This document shows positions 47,279 through 56,484 of a DNA stretch of 64,000 bases, piece after piece. The stretch is from Dehalococcoidia bacterium (GTDB lineage Bacteria; Chloroflexota; Dehalococcoidia; UBA2979). The stretch spans positions 2,752,001-2,816,000 of the forward strand of contig OZ244720.1 in NCBI GenBank assembly GCA_965219085.1, written 5' to 3'. The notes beneath the pieces are model-generated. The model was not told the origin of the DNA. It searched no databases and saw nothing but the letters and a program-made list of their open reading frames with translations. The stretch's first letter is position 1; every line of letters starts with the position of its first letter. The translations under genes and the position numbers were made by a program.

Positions 47279-47458
47279 ATGGACAGGAACGAACGCCCTC
47301 ACCCGTCCGGGCTGCTCGCGTGGTTCCCCGCCTTCGTGAAGCGCGCGCTGGGCCAGAAGTCCGAGCCGACCGTCGAGTCCGAGCACCCGCCGTTGCGCGA
47401 CAAGCCCGGCCCGTCCGGCCTGCCCCCCGCTCCGCCACGAGTCGTGAGGCGGGGTTAG
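47279..47458 (+). CDS. Small Pro-rich hypothetical protein (59 aa), probably leaderless
   Basis: TGGTACACT extended -10 ends 6 nt before ATG 47279. Confidence 0.45.
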   Translation: MDRNERPHPSGLLAWFPAFVKRALGQKSEPTVESEHPPLRDKPGPSGLPPAPPRVVRRG

Positions 47459-47477
47459 AGGCCCGTTGGTCGCTGCC

Positions 47478-47987
47478 CTAGAGTGAGGCGACGACCACGA
47501 CGGTGACGCTCGCGGCGATGGCTTCCGCGATCACGGCAGCGGCGAGGCGCTTGTATCGCCTGTCCTTCGTCTCGATCCGTTCGGCGTTGGCCTCAACCGA
47601 CCAAAAGATGCTTTCGGCCATCCACTGCCTCGCCCGAAGCTCCGCGTTGTCCGCCGAAACCCTGAGCAAGCGTGCACCGTCGGGGCCAAGATACAGATTG
47701 GCGAACTCCTGGCACCGGAAGAAGAGCAGCACGGCGATGAGAAAGATACCGATCACCACGGCCGCCGCCGCGACGAGCCACCACTGATTACTCCCCCCGC
47801 TCAACTGAAACGTGCTGGCCCCCGAGAAGAGCGCGAGGACCGCAACGGCGAGCGTGAGCGCTCGCTCCGCCTTCGCATCGATGTTCTTGATCGTTTGAAG
47901 CTGCTCGTCGAGGCTCCACAGGGCGAACTCGAGGGCCGCACCAGCGCCTTCGTATTCTAAATGTTGTTCCGAATCATCAGTTGCCAC
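47478..47987 (-). CDS. Hypothetical 3-TM protein, Pycsar-effector (DUF5706)-like layout
   Basis: IDAKA before TM1, TM2, then N...I..K before TM3; TACAAT 6 nt before GTG 47987. Confidence 0.65.
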   Translation of the reverse strand: MATDDSEQHLEYEGAGAALEFALWSLDEQLQTIKNIDAKAERALTLAVAVLALFSGASTFQLSGGSNQWWLVAAAAVVIGIFLIAVLLFFRCQEFANLYLGPDGARLLRVSADNAELRARQWMAESIFWSVEANAERIETKDRRYKRLAAAVIAEAIAASVTVVVVASL

Positions 47988-48017
47988 CAACCGATTGTAG
48001 CCGACATCGGTACTACC

Positions 48018-50276
48018 CTACCCGCACTTCGTGTACCCGCACGACCGGCACAGCAGGCACCGCTCCGCGTACCCCAGTTGCGCCCCGCAGTCCGGACACG
48101 TCAGCCCCGACGCGGTCACGACCGGCGCCCGCTGCAAGGCATCGGGATCGGCGCCTGTGTCCTCGCCGCCTTCAACGCCCGCAGATCCAAAGTGCAGCCG
48201 CAGCCAGCGGAAGATGTAGTCGAGGATGCTTGTGGCGAACGGGAGGTCCTCGTTCGCCGTCGGGCCCGCCGGCTCGAAGTGCGTGCGCTCCAGCTTCTCC
48301 GCCAGTTTGTCGAGCGGCACGCCGTACTGGAGGGCGATCGAGGTGAGGATGGCGATGGCGTCGGTCAGGCCGGAGACCGTTGAGCCTTCCTTCGAGATCT
48401 TCACGAACACCTCGCCGGGCGCTCCGTCGTCGTAGAGCCCGACGGTGATGTAGCCCTCCTGCTCGCCGACCCGGAACTTGTGGGTCACGGCCGGTCGCTC
48501 GTCAGGGAGGCGCCTGCGGCCGTCGGCTGCCCTCGCCGCCGAGGGGGCGCGCTCGCCGGTCGCGAGCACCTGCTGCGCGCGCGAGCCGTCGCGGTAGACC
48601 GTCACGCCCTTGCAGCCGATCTCGTGCGCGCGGAGGAACACCGCGCGCACGTCGTCGGGGGTGGCGGAGTGCGGGAGGTTCACGGTCTTCGAGACGGCGA
48701 GGTCGGTGTGGCGCTGGAACGCCGCCTGCATCGCGACGTGGCGCTCCCAGCCGATCTCGTGCGCGGTGGCGAAGAGCCGCCGCACGCGCTCGGGCACGGC
48801 CGCCTGCCCGGCCAGGCCCGCACCCGCCGCAAGCTCCCCGATCAGCTCGGGCGAGTGGAACCCGCCGGCGCGGGCCGCTCCGGCGAACGCCTCGGAGACC
48901 TCGTCGAGGAGCGTCCCGTCCTGCATGCGCCGCGTGTGGGCGAGCGAGTACAGCGGCTCGATGCCCGAGGAGGCGCCGGCGATGATCGCGATCGTCCCGG
49001 TCGGTGCGATGCAGGTGCGCGTCGCGTTGCGGTAGTGCGGGCCGTCGTCCGCGTAGATCGAGCGCTCCCAGTTCGGGAAGACGCCCTTTTCCGCGCCGAG
49101 CGCAGCCGAGGCTGTGTCGGCGGTGCGCGCGATGCGGCCCATGAGCTCCTCGGCGAAGTCGAGCGCTTCGTCGGAGTCGTAGGGGATGCCGGCGGCGATG
49201 AGGAGATCGTGGAACCCCATCACGCCGAGGCCGATCTTGCGGTTGCCGCGCACGGCCGCCGTGATCTCGGGCAGCGGGTACGAACCGGCGTCGATGACGT
49301 TGTCGAGGAAGCGCATGGCGAGCGTCACCGTCTCGTCGAGGGCGGCCCAGTCGACCGCGCCGGCGTCGGCGTCCCAGAAGCGCGCGACATGGATTGAGCC
49401 GAGCGTGCAGGCCTCCCACGGCAGCAGGGGCACCTCGCCGCACGGGTTCGTCGCCGCGATCGCGCCGAGCGCGGGCGTGGGGTTCGCGCGGTTCACGGTG
49501 TCGAGGAACACCATCCCGGGGTCGCCGGTCTGCCAGGCCGACCCGGCGATCTCGTCGAGCAGCGTGGCGGCGTCGGCGCTGCCGCGTGTCGCCGCGGCGT
49601 GCGGGTCGACGAGGTCGATCGAGCCGCCGCTCGCCGCGGCGTCGATGAAGGCGTCGGTGACGGCGAGCGAGAGGTTGAAGCGCTGCGCGCTGACGCCGTC
49701 GTCCTTGGCATGGACGAAGTGCCGGACGTCGGGGTGGTCGATGCGCAGGATGGCCATGTTGGCGCCGTCGCGCTTGCCACCCTGCGTGACGAGCCGCGAG
49801 ACGTCGTCGTAGTGGCGAAGCACCGAGACGGGGCCGCACGCGGCGCCGTGGGTGGTGGCGATCGGCTCGCCCTCGGCGCGCAGGATCGAGAAGTCGAAGC
49901 CCGTGCCGCCGCCCCACTTCTGGACCATCGCTGCCGCCTGCGCGGTCGACATAATCGAATCGAGTGAGTCCTCGATGGGCAGCACGAAGCAGGCGGCGAG
50001 CGTGCCGCGGTCCGTCCCGGCGTTCATCAGCGTGGGCGAGTTGGGCAGGAAGCGCAGCGCCGCCATCTCGTCGTAGAAGCGCTGCGCCCACTGCGCGCGC
50101 AGCTCCTGCGTCGCCTCGACCGAGGCGATCGACTCGGCGACGCGCGCGAGCATCTGCTCGGGCGTCTCGACGACCGCGCCGTCGTCGCCGCGCAGCAGGT
50201 AGCGGCGCTCGAGCACCGTGCGGGCGTTGTCGGTCAGGTCGATGGGGTGGGTGATGACGGGAGGGGTGGTGACCAT
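48018..50276 (-). CDS. nrdJ: Class II (adenosylcobalamin-dependent) ribonucleotide reductase with TSCPD and Zn-ribbon C-terminus
   Basis: PNSPTLMNAG, AACF, TNPCGE, ACTLGS, APTGTI, KGVTVYRDGSR, terminal CxxC pairs. Confidence 0.93.
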   Translation of the reverse strand: MVTTPPVITHPIDLTDNARTVLERRYLLRGDDGAVVETPEQMLARVAESIASVEATQELRAQWAQRFYDEMAALRFLPNSPTLMNAGTDRGTLAACFVLPIEDSLDSIMSTAQAAAMVQKWGGGTGFDFSILRAEGEPIATTHGAACGPVSVLRHYDDVSRLVTQGGKRDGANMAILRIDHPDVRHFVHAKDDGVSAQRFNLSLAVTDAFIDAAASGGSIDLVDPHAAATRGSADAATLLDEIAGSAWQTGDPGMVFLDTVNRANPTPALGAIAATNPCGEVPLLPWEACTLGSIHVARFWDADAGAVDWAALDETVTLAMRFLDNVIDAGSYPLPEITAAVRGNRKIGLGVMGFHDLLIAAGIPYDSDEALDFAEELMGRIARTADTASAALGAEKGVFPNWERSIYADDGPHYRNATRTCIAPTGTIAIIAGASSGIEPLYSLAHTRRMQDGTLLDEVSEAFAGAARAGGFHSPELIGELAAGAGLAGQAAVPERVRRLFATAHEIGWERHVAMQAAFQRHTDLAVSKTVNLPHSATPDDVRAVFLRAHEIGCKGVTVYRDGSRAQQVLATGERAPSAARAADGRRRLPDERPAVTHKFRVGEQEGYITVGLYDDGAPGEVFVKISKEGSTVSGLTDAIAILTSIALQYGVPLDKLAEKLERTHFEPAGPTANEDLPFATSILDYIFRWLRLHFGSAGVEGGEDTGADPDALQRAPVVTASGLTCPDCGAQLGYAERCLLCRSCGYTKCG

Positions 50277-50316
50277 CGCAGCGCCGTCCGTTCGAGCCGA
50301 GGGGAGCGCAGCTATC

Positions 50317-50330
50317 AGAACATGCGTACG
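50317..50330. promoter_or_regulatory. Possible LexA box upstream of nrdJ
   Basis: AGAAC-ATGC-GTACG, one core mismatch to GAAC-N4-GTTC, 41-54 nt upstream of the ATG. Confidence 0.5.
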
Positions 50331-50385
50331 ATAACCGCGCAAGCACCTCAGCGCCTGCATCGATCTTAGCGCGTCACGATACTCC

Positions 50386-50408
50386 CGTGCCGCCCCGGGC
50401 GGCACGGG
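50386..50408. terminator. Hairpin between nrdR and nrdJ
   Basis: CCGTGCCGCC-CCG-GGCGGCACGG. Confidence 0.55.
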
Positions 50409-50461
50409 GTGCCCGCCGGCCGCGAGCACGCGACGACGGCAGGCGGTTCGTCGGTGCGCGC

Positions 50462-50998
50462 TCAGCGGCTGGCGGCGGAGGGGGCGCTTTCAATCGGCGT
50501 CGGCGCGAACGGCAGCTCCTCGAACAGCGGGGGCTGCTCGACCGGCGGCATCGGGCTGTATTCGAGGCGTTCGAGCTCGTCGAGCATGTCGTCGATCGAG
50601 ACGAACTGGCGGTACGCGGACGCGAACCGGATGTAGGCGATGGGGTCGAGCACACGGAGGTGGCCGATCACGATCTCGCTGATCACGCGGCTCGATACCT
50701 CGTCGCGGCCGGACACTCCGATGCGGCGCTCGACGTCGTCGGCGACGGCCTCGATGGCGCCTGCGGCGAGGTCGCGCTTGCGGGCGGACACGCGGAGGCT
50801 TTCGAGCAGCTTCTCGCGGCGAAACTCCTCGCGGCGGCCGTCGCGCTTGCGGACCTGCACGCGGGAGGTTTCGGCCTGCTCGAAGGTCGTGAAGCGCAAG
50901 CCGCACTCAGGGCAGGCGCGGTTACGGCGCACTCCTCTCCCGTTGAGTTCGTGATCGACGACTGTCGTCGTGGCATGACCGCACGTGGGGCACTGCAT
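50462..50998 (-). CDS. nrdR: Transcriptional repressor NrdR
   Basis: MQCPTCG...RRNRACPECGLRFTTFE, ATP cone, AYIRFASAYRQF. Confidence 0.95.
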   Translation of the reverse strand: MQCPTCGHATTTVVDHELNGRGVRRNRACPECGLRFTTFEQAETSRVQVRKRDGRREEFRREKLLESLRVSARKRDLAAGAIEAVADDVERRIGVSGRDEVSSRVISEIVIGHLRVLDPIAYIRFASAYRQFVSIDDMLDELERLEYSPMPPVEQPPLFEELPFAPTPIESAPSAASR

Positions 50999-51149
50999 CG
51001 CTGGCGCGTTTCCCTGGGGGAGGAAGTGGTCTGGGAGTGAGATGCAGTACACACCGCCACGCGGCGCGCGGCAACGGCTACCGTCCACAGTCTGTTGCGA
51101 ACCTGTCCAACACGCCGCCGCCGGGCGTTCGCAACTCCGCGTGCGCAAC

Positions 51150-51175
51150 GAGAGGCGGCCTCAAGGCCGCCCCTC
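51150..51175. terminator. Hairpin downstream of ftsZ
   Basis: GAGAGGCGGCC-TCAA-GGCCGCCCCTC. Confidence 0.6.
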
Positions 51176-51202
51176 GCGTCTTCGCAGCGGGTGGCGAGGC
51201 TG

Positions 51203-53146
51203 CTACCGCATCGGGAACGTGCGACGCAGGAACGTCGGCAGGTCGGCCTCCGTGAGCGTGTCCGGCTCGCTCGCCGGCAGATCGGCGAGCCGGTGCGGAG
51301 GCTCCTCGACAGCGTCCATGAGCGAGCCGACCGACTGGCGCACCGCGCTGAAGCCAGTCGCGACGACGGTGATGCGCACCTCGTCGCCCATCTCCTCGTC
51401 GATGGCGGTACCGAAGATGATCTCCGCCTCGGGGTCCACGACCTCGGCGATCGTGCGGGCTGCGTTGTTCAGCTCCGACAGCCGCAGGTTGGACGGGCCC
51501 GTGACGTTGAAGAGCACGCCCGTGGCGCCGGTGATGTCGACCTCGAGCAGCGGGCTCGCGATCGCCTCGCGGGCCGCCTCGGCGGCGCGCTGTTCCCCGC
51601 GGCCGACGCCGATCGCCATCAGCGCCGGGCCGGCGTCCTCCATCACGCGGCGCACGTCCGCGAAGTCGAGGTTGACGACGCCCGGGACGGTGATCAGCTC
51701 GCTGATGCCCTGGATGCCCTGGCGGAGCACGTCATCGGCCATGTTGAACGCCTCGGTGAGCGACACGTCGTCGTTGCCGAGCTGCAGCAGGCGGTCGTTC
51801 GGGATCACAATCAGCGTGTCGACCTTGCCCTGGAGGTCGCGCGCGCCCTCCTCGGCCTGCTGCCGCCGCTTCGCGCCCTCGAAGGCGAACGGCTTGGTGA
51901 CCACGCCGATGGTGAGGGCGCCGAGCTCGCGCGCGGCCTCGGCGACGATCGGGGCCGCGCCCGTGCCGGTGCCGCCGCCGAGGCAGGCGGTCACGAACAC
52001 CATCTCCGCGCCCCGCAGCGCCTCCATGATCTCCTCGCGCGACTCCTCGGCCGCGCGCGAGCCGCGCAGCGGGTCGGAGCCGGCGCCGAGGCCCTTGGTG
52101 AGGCGGTCGCCGATGCGCACCTTGATCTCGGCGTCGCAGCCATCAAGGGCCTGCAGGTCGGTGTTCATCGCGACGTACTGCACGCCGGGCAGGCGCTGCG
52201 AGATCATGCGGTTCACGGCGTTCGACCCGCCGCCCCCCACGCCGACGACCTTGATCGGGGGCAGCGTGTCGTAGTTGTCGGTCATGTTGGGCGTTCCCTT
52301 CGGTGCTTCGGTGCGCCTGGGTGCTGCTTGTTCACGGCTTGTGGGTGCTGCTGCTTCGGGACTCGATGGCGCCTTGGGGGTGGGGAGCTCCGCCTGGCGA
52401 GCTCGCGGCGGCTCCGTCGCGGCGACGGGAGGCTCGATGACGGCGTCGGGCTCTGCCTCTTCGGCCACGGGGGGCTCGGCCGCAGGCGCCGGCTGCTCGT
52501 CAACGGCGGGCTCGGCCGCAGGCTCCTCGACTGGCTCCGGCTCCGCGTGCTCGCCAGGGGTCGGTTCTGTCTCTGGTTCTGCCTCTGCCGCAGCGGCTTC
52601 CGGCTCGGTGGCGTCCGCTGCCGCCGGCTCTACCGAGGCCTCGGGCTCGGGTCGCCCGGCGATCGCCGGTTCCGGCTCTTCGGTGACGGGCGGGGCCGCT
52701 TCAGCGACAGCCGGCTCGGGCGATGCCTCGGCCACGGCCGCTTCGGTGACCACCGGCTCGGGCGTGGGCTGCGGCTTCGCCGGCGAGGTGTCGCCCGGGC
52801 CGACCCGCGCGGCCCGCGCGGCCAGCGGGGTCGGCACAGCCTGCGTGGTGCGATCGAACTCCTCGTCGAACTCCGAGGCCGCTTCGGCCGGGATCGGCGT
52901 CACGTCGAGGTCCACTCGTGCGTCGGCGGCCGGCTGCTCCTGCGGCGGCTCCTCGACGGAGTCATCGGCAGGCTCGTTCCGCACCGCGAGCCGCATGGGC
53001 GGCCTCGGCGTGGCCGCCCTGGGGCGCTCGCTCTGCTTGCGTGCCTGCTCGAGGTAGTCGAAGAGCGTCGATGCGTCGATGGATGAGGCGGTCTCGTTGC
53101 GCTGTTCGGCGCGCGCCTCTGTTCGCTCGTCGGCGGCGTGCGTCAT
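51203..53146 (-). CDS. ftsZ: Cell division protein FtsZ; core 51203-52285 plus in-frame 287-aa N-terminal extension
   Basis: [24 protein letters not shown]-terminal DLPTFLRR. Confidence 0.95.
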   Translation of the reverse strand: MTHAADERTEARAEQRNETASSIDASTLFDYLEQARKQSERPRAATPRPPMRLAVRNEPADDSVEEPPQEQPAADARVDLDVTPIPAEAASEFDEEFDRTTQAVPTPLAARAARVGPGDTSPAKPQPTPEPVVTEAAVAEASPEPAVAEAAPPVTEEPEPAIAGRPEPEASVEPAAADATEPEAAAAEAEPETEPTPGEHAEPEPVEEPAAEPAVDEQPAPAAEPPVAEEAEPDAVIEPPVAATEPPRARQAELPTPKAPSSPEAAAPTSREQAAPRRTEAPKGTPNMTDNYDTLPPIKVVGVGGGGSNAVNRMISQRLPGVQYVAMNTDLQALDGCDAEIKVRIGDRLTKGLGAGSDPLRGSRAAEESREEIMEALRGAEMVFVTACLGGGTGTGAAPIVAEAARELGALTIGVVTKPFAFEGAKRRQQAEEGARDLQGKVDTLIVIPNDRLLQLGNDDVSLTEAFNMADDVLRQGIQGISELITVPGVVNLDFADVRRVMEDAGPALMAIGVGRGEQRAAEAAREAIASPLLEVDITGATGVLFNVTGPSNLRLSELNNAARTIAEVVDPEAEIIFGTAIDEEMGDEVRITVVATGFSAVRQSVGSLMDAVEEPPHRLADLPASEPDTLTEADLPTFLRRTFPMR

Positions 53147-53259
53147 CGGTCAGTCCTTCCCTGCGTGTTGGGGAGTGGTCCGACGGCGACGCAGGGGCAG
53201 TCCCGCGCCGGGGGAGTTCCGTCCGGCTATCCGGTTGTTCGCGTGGTGTGGTGTGTGGT

Positions 53260-54504
53260 TCATTGCGGCAGCACCGCCCGCACGACCTGCGCGACCTTGC
53301 GCGCGAGTCCCCTGACGGCTCCGCCGCGGGGTCGCCTGGCGACGGGACGGAGCATGATTTCCTGCTCGCGCAGCGCCCACCGCAGCAGCCCCACCGGCGT
53401 CGAGTAGGCCGGTTCGTGGAGCACGTCCGACATCCCCGCCAGGTGCCGCGGTCGTCCGACGCGCGCCGGCAGTTGCAGCACCTCCTCGGCCAGCAGGTCG
53501 ATGCCAGGCAACGACGCGGCGCCTCCGGTGAGCACCACGCCGGCGGCCAGGAGTTCCTCGGGCGAGCCACGGCGGATCTCGGCCCGCACCATCTCCAGCA
53601 TCTCCTCCGTGCGCGCCTGCAATACCTCTGCGATGAGCCGCCGCGCCACCGCCTTGTGACCTTCGGAGCCAAACGCGTCGACCTCGACCGTCTCGTCCTC
53701 CTCAACCATCGAGGGGAGAGCGTGCCCGTACTCGCGCTTCGCCTGCTCGGCCGCGGGCTGCGGGATGCGCAGCGCCATCACGAGGTCGCCCGTCATCTGC
53801 GCGCCGCCGACGGGCAGCACGGCCGTGTGCGCCACCGCGCCGTGCACGTACACCGCGAGGTCGGTCGCGCCGCCACCGATGTCGACGACGGCGACGCCGT
53901 GCTCCAGCTCCTCGGGGTTGACCGCGGCCTGCGTCGAGGCCAGCGCATCGAGGATGAGCGAGTCGACGCGGACGCCGGCGCCTTCGACGCAGCGCAGCAG
54001 GTTGTGGATGGCGGAGCTGCCCGCCGTGACGATGTGCGTCTCGACGTCGAGCCGCGAGCCGAACATGCCGCGCGCGTCGACGACGTGGTCCTGACCGTCG
54101 ACGACGTAGTAGCGCGGGATGACGTGCAGCACCTCGCGGTTGTTCGGGATGTTCACGATGCGCGCGCTCTCCAGCGCGCGCCCGACATCGCCCGTCGTGA
54201 TCGCCTGGCGCGGGTCGGCGATGGCGACGATGCCGCGCGAGTTCATCGAGGAGACGTGCGGCCCCTTGATGCCGATGTGGGCGGAGAGGATGCGAGTCCC
54301 CGAGGCGCGCTCGGCGCGCTCGACGGATGAGGCGATGGCTTCCATGGCGGCGTGGATGTTGTCGACCATGCCGCGGTTGAGGCCCTGCGACGGCCCCACG
54401 CCGACGCCGAGGATGCGGATCTCGTGCGGGTTGGCGAGTTCGGCCACGACCGTGCAGATCTTGGTCGTGCCCACATCGATAGCCGCGAAGGTGGCGTTCG
54501 CCAT
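53260..54504 (-). CDS. ftsA: Cell division protein FtsA
   Basis: IDVGTTK, DIGGGAT, GVVLTGG, C-terminal amphipathic helix. Confidence 0.95.
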   Translation of the reverse strand: MANATFAAIDVGTTKICTVVAELANPHEIRILGVGVGPSQGLNRGMVDNIHAAMEAIASSVERAERASGTRILSAHIGIKGPHVSSMNSRGIVAIADPRQAITTGDVGRALESARIVNIPNNREVLHVIPRYYVVDGQDHVVDARGMFGSRLDVETHIVTAGSSAIHNLLRCVEGAGVRVDSLILDALASTQAAVNPEELEHGVAVVDIGGGATDLAVYVHGAVAHTAVLPVGGAQMTGDLVMALRIPQPAAEQAKREYGHALPSMVEEDETVEVDAFGSEGHKAVARRLIAEVLQARTEEMLEMVRAEIRRGSPEELLAAGVVLTGGAASLPGIDLLAEEVLQLPARVGRPRHLAGMSDVLHEPAYSTPVGLLRWALREQEIMLRPVARRPRGGAVRGLARKVAQVVRAVLPQ

Positions 54505-55439
54505 CAGTGCATTACCAGGTGGCGGCCGAACCGCAAGTCGATCTCCTGTACGTCTCGCTCCTCCTCGGCGAGTTGGTTGAGCAGCGCCCCCCAGGCCGCG
54601 ACTTTGAAGTCGTAGTTGTGCGAGTCGCCGAAGACGGCGTCGGGGCCGCCGGCCACGCGCACCACCAGCCCGCGGTCGGCGTGGAACTCGAAGCGCTCGA
54701 CGTGCACCCCGAGCCGCTGCGAGCGGGCGTCGGCGACGAGACGGGTCACGGTCTGCACGGTGTCGGGGTCCATCGAATCGCCCGCCTGCGGCGGCAAGGT
54801 GCCGGTCACGTCGATGATGGTGACTGCGTCCTCGCTCGGCGGTCGTCCGCGCTCGATCACGAGCCCGCCGGCATCGATCACCGCGCGCTGGCCGGCGCTC
54901 TCCCAGTAGCCCCAGCCCTGGTGCTCGGTCACCCCGATGCGCACGCCCCGCGGCCAGTCGCGCTCCACGGTGGCCGCCTTCACCTCCGGTAGCGTGGCGA
55001 CGATCCGCTGGGCCGCGGCCTGGGTGTCGACCACGAGCAGCGAGCGCCCGCCGAGGTCCGCGGCCTCCACGACCGCATGCGGGTCGGCGATGCCGACGCC
55101 GCTCACGTCGACTTGCCGCACACGTAGCGAGTCGCCGGAGACGAGCACGTACCCACCGAACGTTGCACCCGCCGAGACTGCGATCACGGCCACCACGGCG
55201 GCGATCCGCAACCACGGCAGCGTTCGCAGCCGCGCGCGCACACCAACGCGCGGCAGGCGACGCGGCCTGCGGCCGAGGTGGTAGCGCCGCTCGCCCTGCG
55301 CGGCCTGTTGCAGCGCCGGATGCTTGCGCTCGCGGCGGCCCACCCACAGTTGCGGCATGCGCTTGCGGCGGCCCTGCCGGTCGGGCGACCCGTGTCCCCT
55401 AGGCATACGACCGGGCCTCCTCGTGGCGTTCGAGGCCAA
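54504..55439 (-). CDS. ftsQ: Cell division protein FtsQ/DivIB (start uncertain)
   Basis: TM helix, POTRA-like region, C-terminal IDLRF; position in the dcw cluster. Confidence 0.85.
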   Translation of the reverse strand: MASNATRRPGRMPRGHGSPDRQGRRKRMPQLWVGRRERKHPALQQAAQGERRYHLGRRPRRLPRVGVRARLRTLPWLRIAAVVAVIAVSAGATFGGYVLVSGDSLRVRQVDVSGVGIADPHAVVEAADLGGRSLLVVDTQAAAQRIVATLPEVKAATVERDWPRGVRIGVTEHQGWGYWESAGQRAVIDAGGLVIERGRPPSEDAVTIIDVTGTLPPQAGDSMDPDTVQTVTRLVADARSQRLGVHVERFEFHADRGLVVRVAGGPDAVFGDSHNYDFKVAAWGALLNQLAEEERDVQEIDLRFGRHLVMH

Positions 55440-56484
55440 GGTCGACGAGCCGCGTGATGAGCGAGGCGTAGTCGACGCCGGCCTCGCCCCAGAGCCGCGG
55501 GTACATCGAGATCGGCGTGAAGCCGGGCAGCGAGTTGACCTCGATCAAGCGCACCGTGTCGGGCTCGCGGACGATGAAGTCGACGCGGGCGAGACCCGCG
55601 CAGCCGATCGCGCGGAACGCCTGCACGGCGGTGTCCTGCACGCGCGTGGCGAGGCCGTCGCTCAGGGGGGCGGGGACGAGCAGGTCCGTGCTGTCGTCCT
55701 CGTACTTGGCTTCGTAGGTGTAGAACTCCGCGTGCGGGCGGATCTCGCCGAGCGGGGAGGGCTGCGGGTCGGTGTTGCCGAGCATGGCGCACTCGACCTC
55801 GCTGCCGTCGATCGCCTCCTCGAGCAGCACCTTGCCGTCATAACGTGCCGCGAGTTCGAGGGCAGGCCCCAGGTCCTCGCGCGAGACGACTTTACTGACG
55901 CCGATCGATGAGCCGCCGTTCGCGGGCTTCGCGAACGAGGGGTAGCCGATGGCGCGCTCGATGTCGGCGAGCGACTCGCGGCACGGGGCGTCGCCGGCGA
56001 GGTCACCGAGCTCGTTGCCTTCGAGCACCACGTAGATCGGCTGGGGGATGGCGTGCGCGGCGAAGACGGCGCGCATGTGCGCCTTGTCCATGCCGATCGC
56101 ACTCGCGGCGACGCCGGAGCCGACGTACGGGATGCCCATCACCTCGAGCATCCCCTGCAGCGAGCCGTCCTCGCCGGAGCGGCCGTGCACGATGGGGAAC
56201 ACCACGTCGATCGCCGCGAGTGAGGCGGTGACGCCCGCAGAGACGGCCAGGCCAGATCCCTCTTCCATACCGAGGTCGCGCGTCTGGCCCGCCTCGACGC
56301 GTTCGAGGCGGCGACGTGTCTCGTCGGGGGTAAGCCAGGCGCCGTCGCGCGTGATGCCGAACGGCACGACTTCGAAGCGCTCGGCGTCCGCCTCGCGCAT
56401 GATCGAGCGCGCCGAGACGACCGAGATCTCGTGCTCCGGGCTACGCCCGCCGAAGATCACGCCGAGTCGCACGCGCTCGCTCAC
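55399..56484 (-). CDS. ddl: D-alanine--D-alanine ligase
   Basis: FGGRSPEHEIS, HGRSGEDG, GSSIGV, YEAKY, EVNSLPGFT. Confidence 0.95.
   Translation of the reverse strand: MSERVRLGVIFGGRSPEHEISVVSARSIMREADAERFEVVPFGITRDGAWLTPDETRRRLERVEAGQTRDLGMEEGSGLAVSAGVTASLAAIDVVFPIVHGRSGEDGSLQGMLEVMGIPYVGSGVAASAIGMDKAHMRAVFAAHAIPQPIYVVLEGNELGDLAGDAPCRESLADIERAIGYPSFAKPANGGSSIGVSKVVSREDLGPALELAARYDGKVLLEEAIDGSEVECAMLGNTDPQPSPLGEIRPHAEFYTYEAKYEDDSTDLLVPAPLSDGLATRVQDTAVQAFRAIGCAGLARVDFIVREPDTVRLIEVNSLPGFTPISMYPRLWGEAGVDYASLITRLVDLGLERHEEARSYA

Noticed and set aside
51086-51099. NrdR box upstream of nrdR (CACAGTCTGTTGCG)
   Set aside because: About four mismatches to the consensus and no clear tandem partner; too weak to call.
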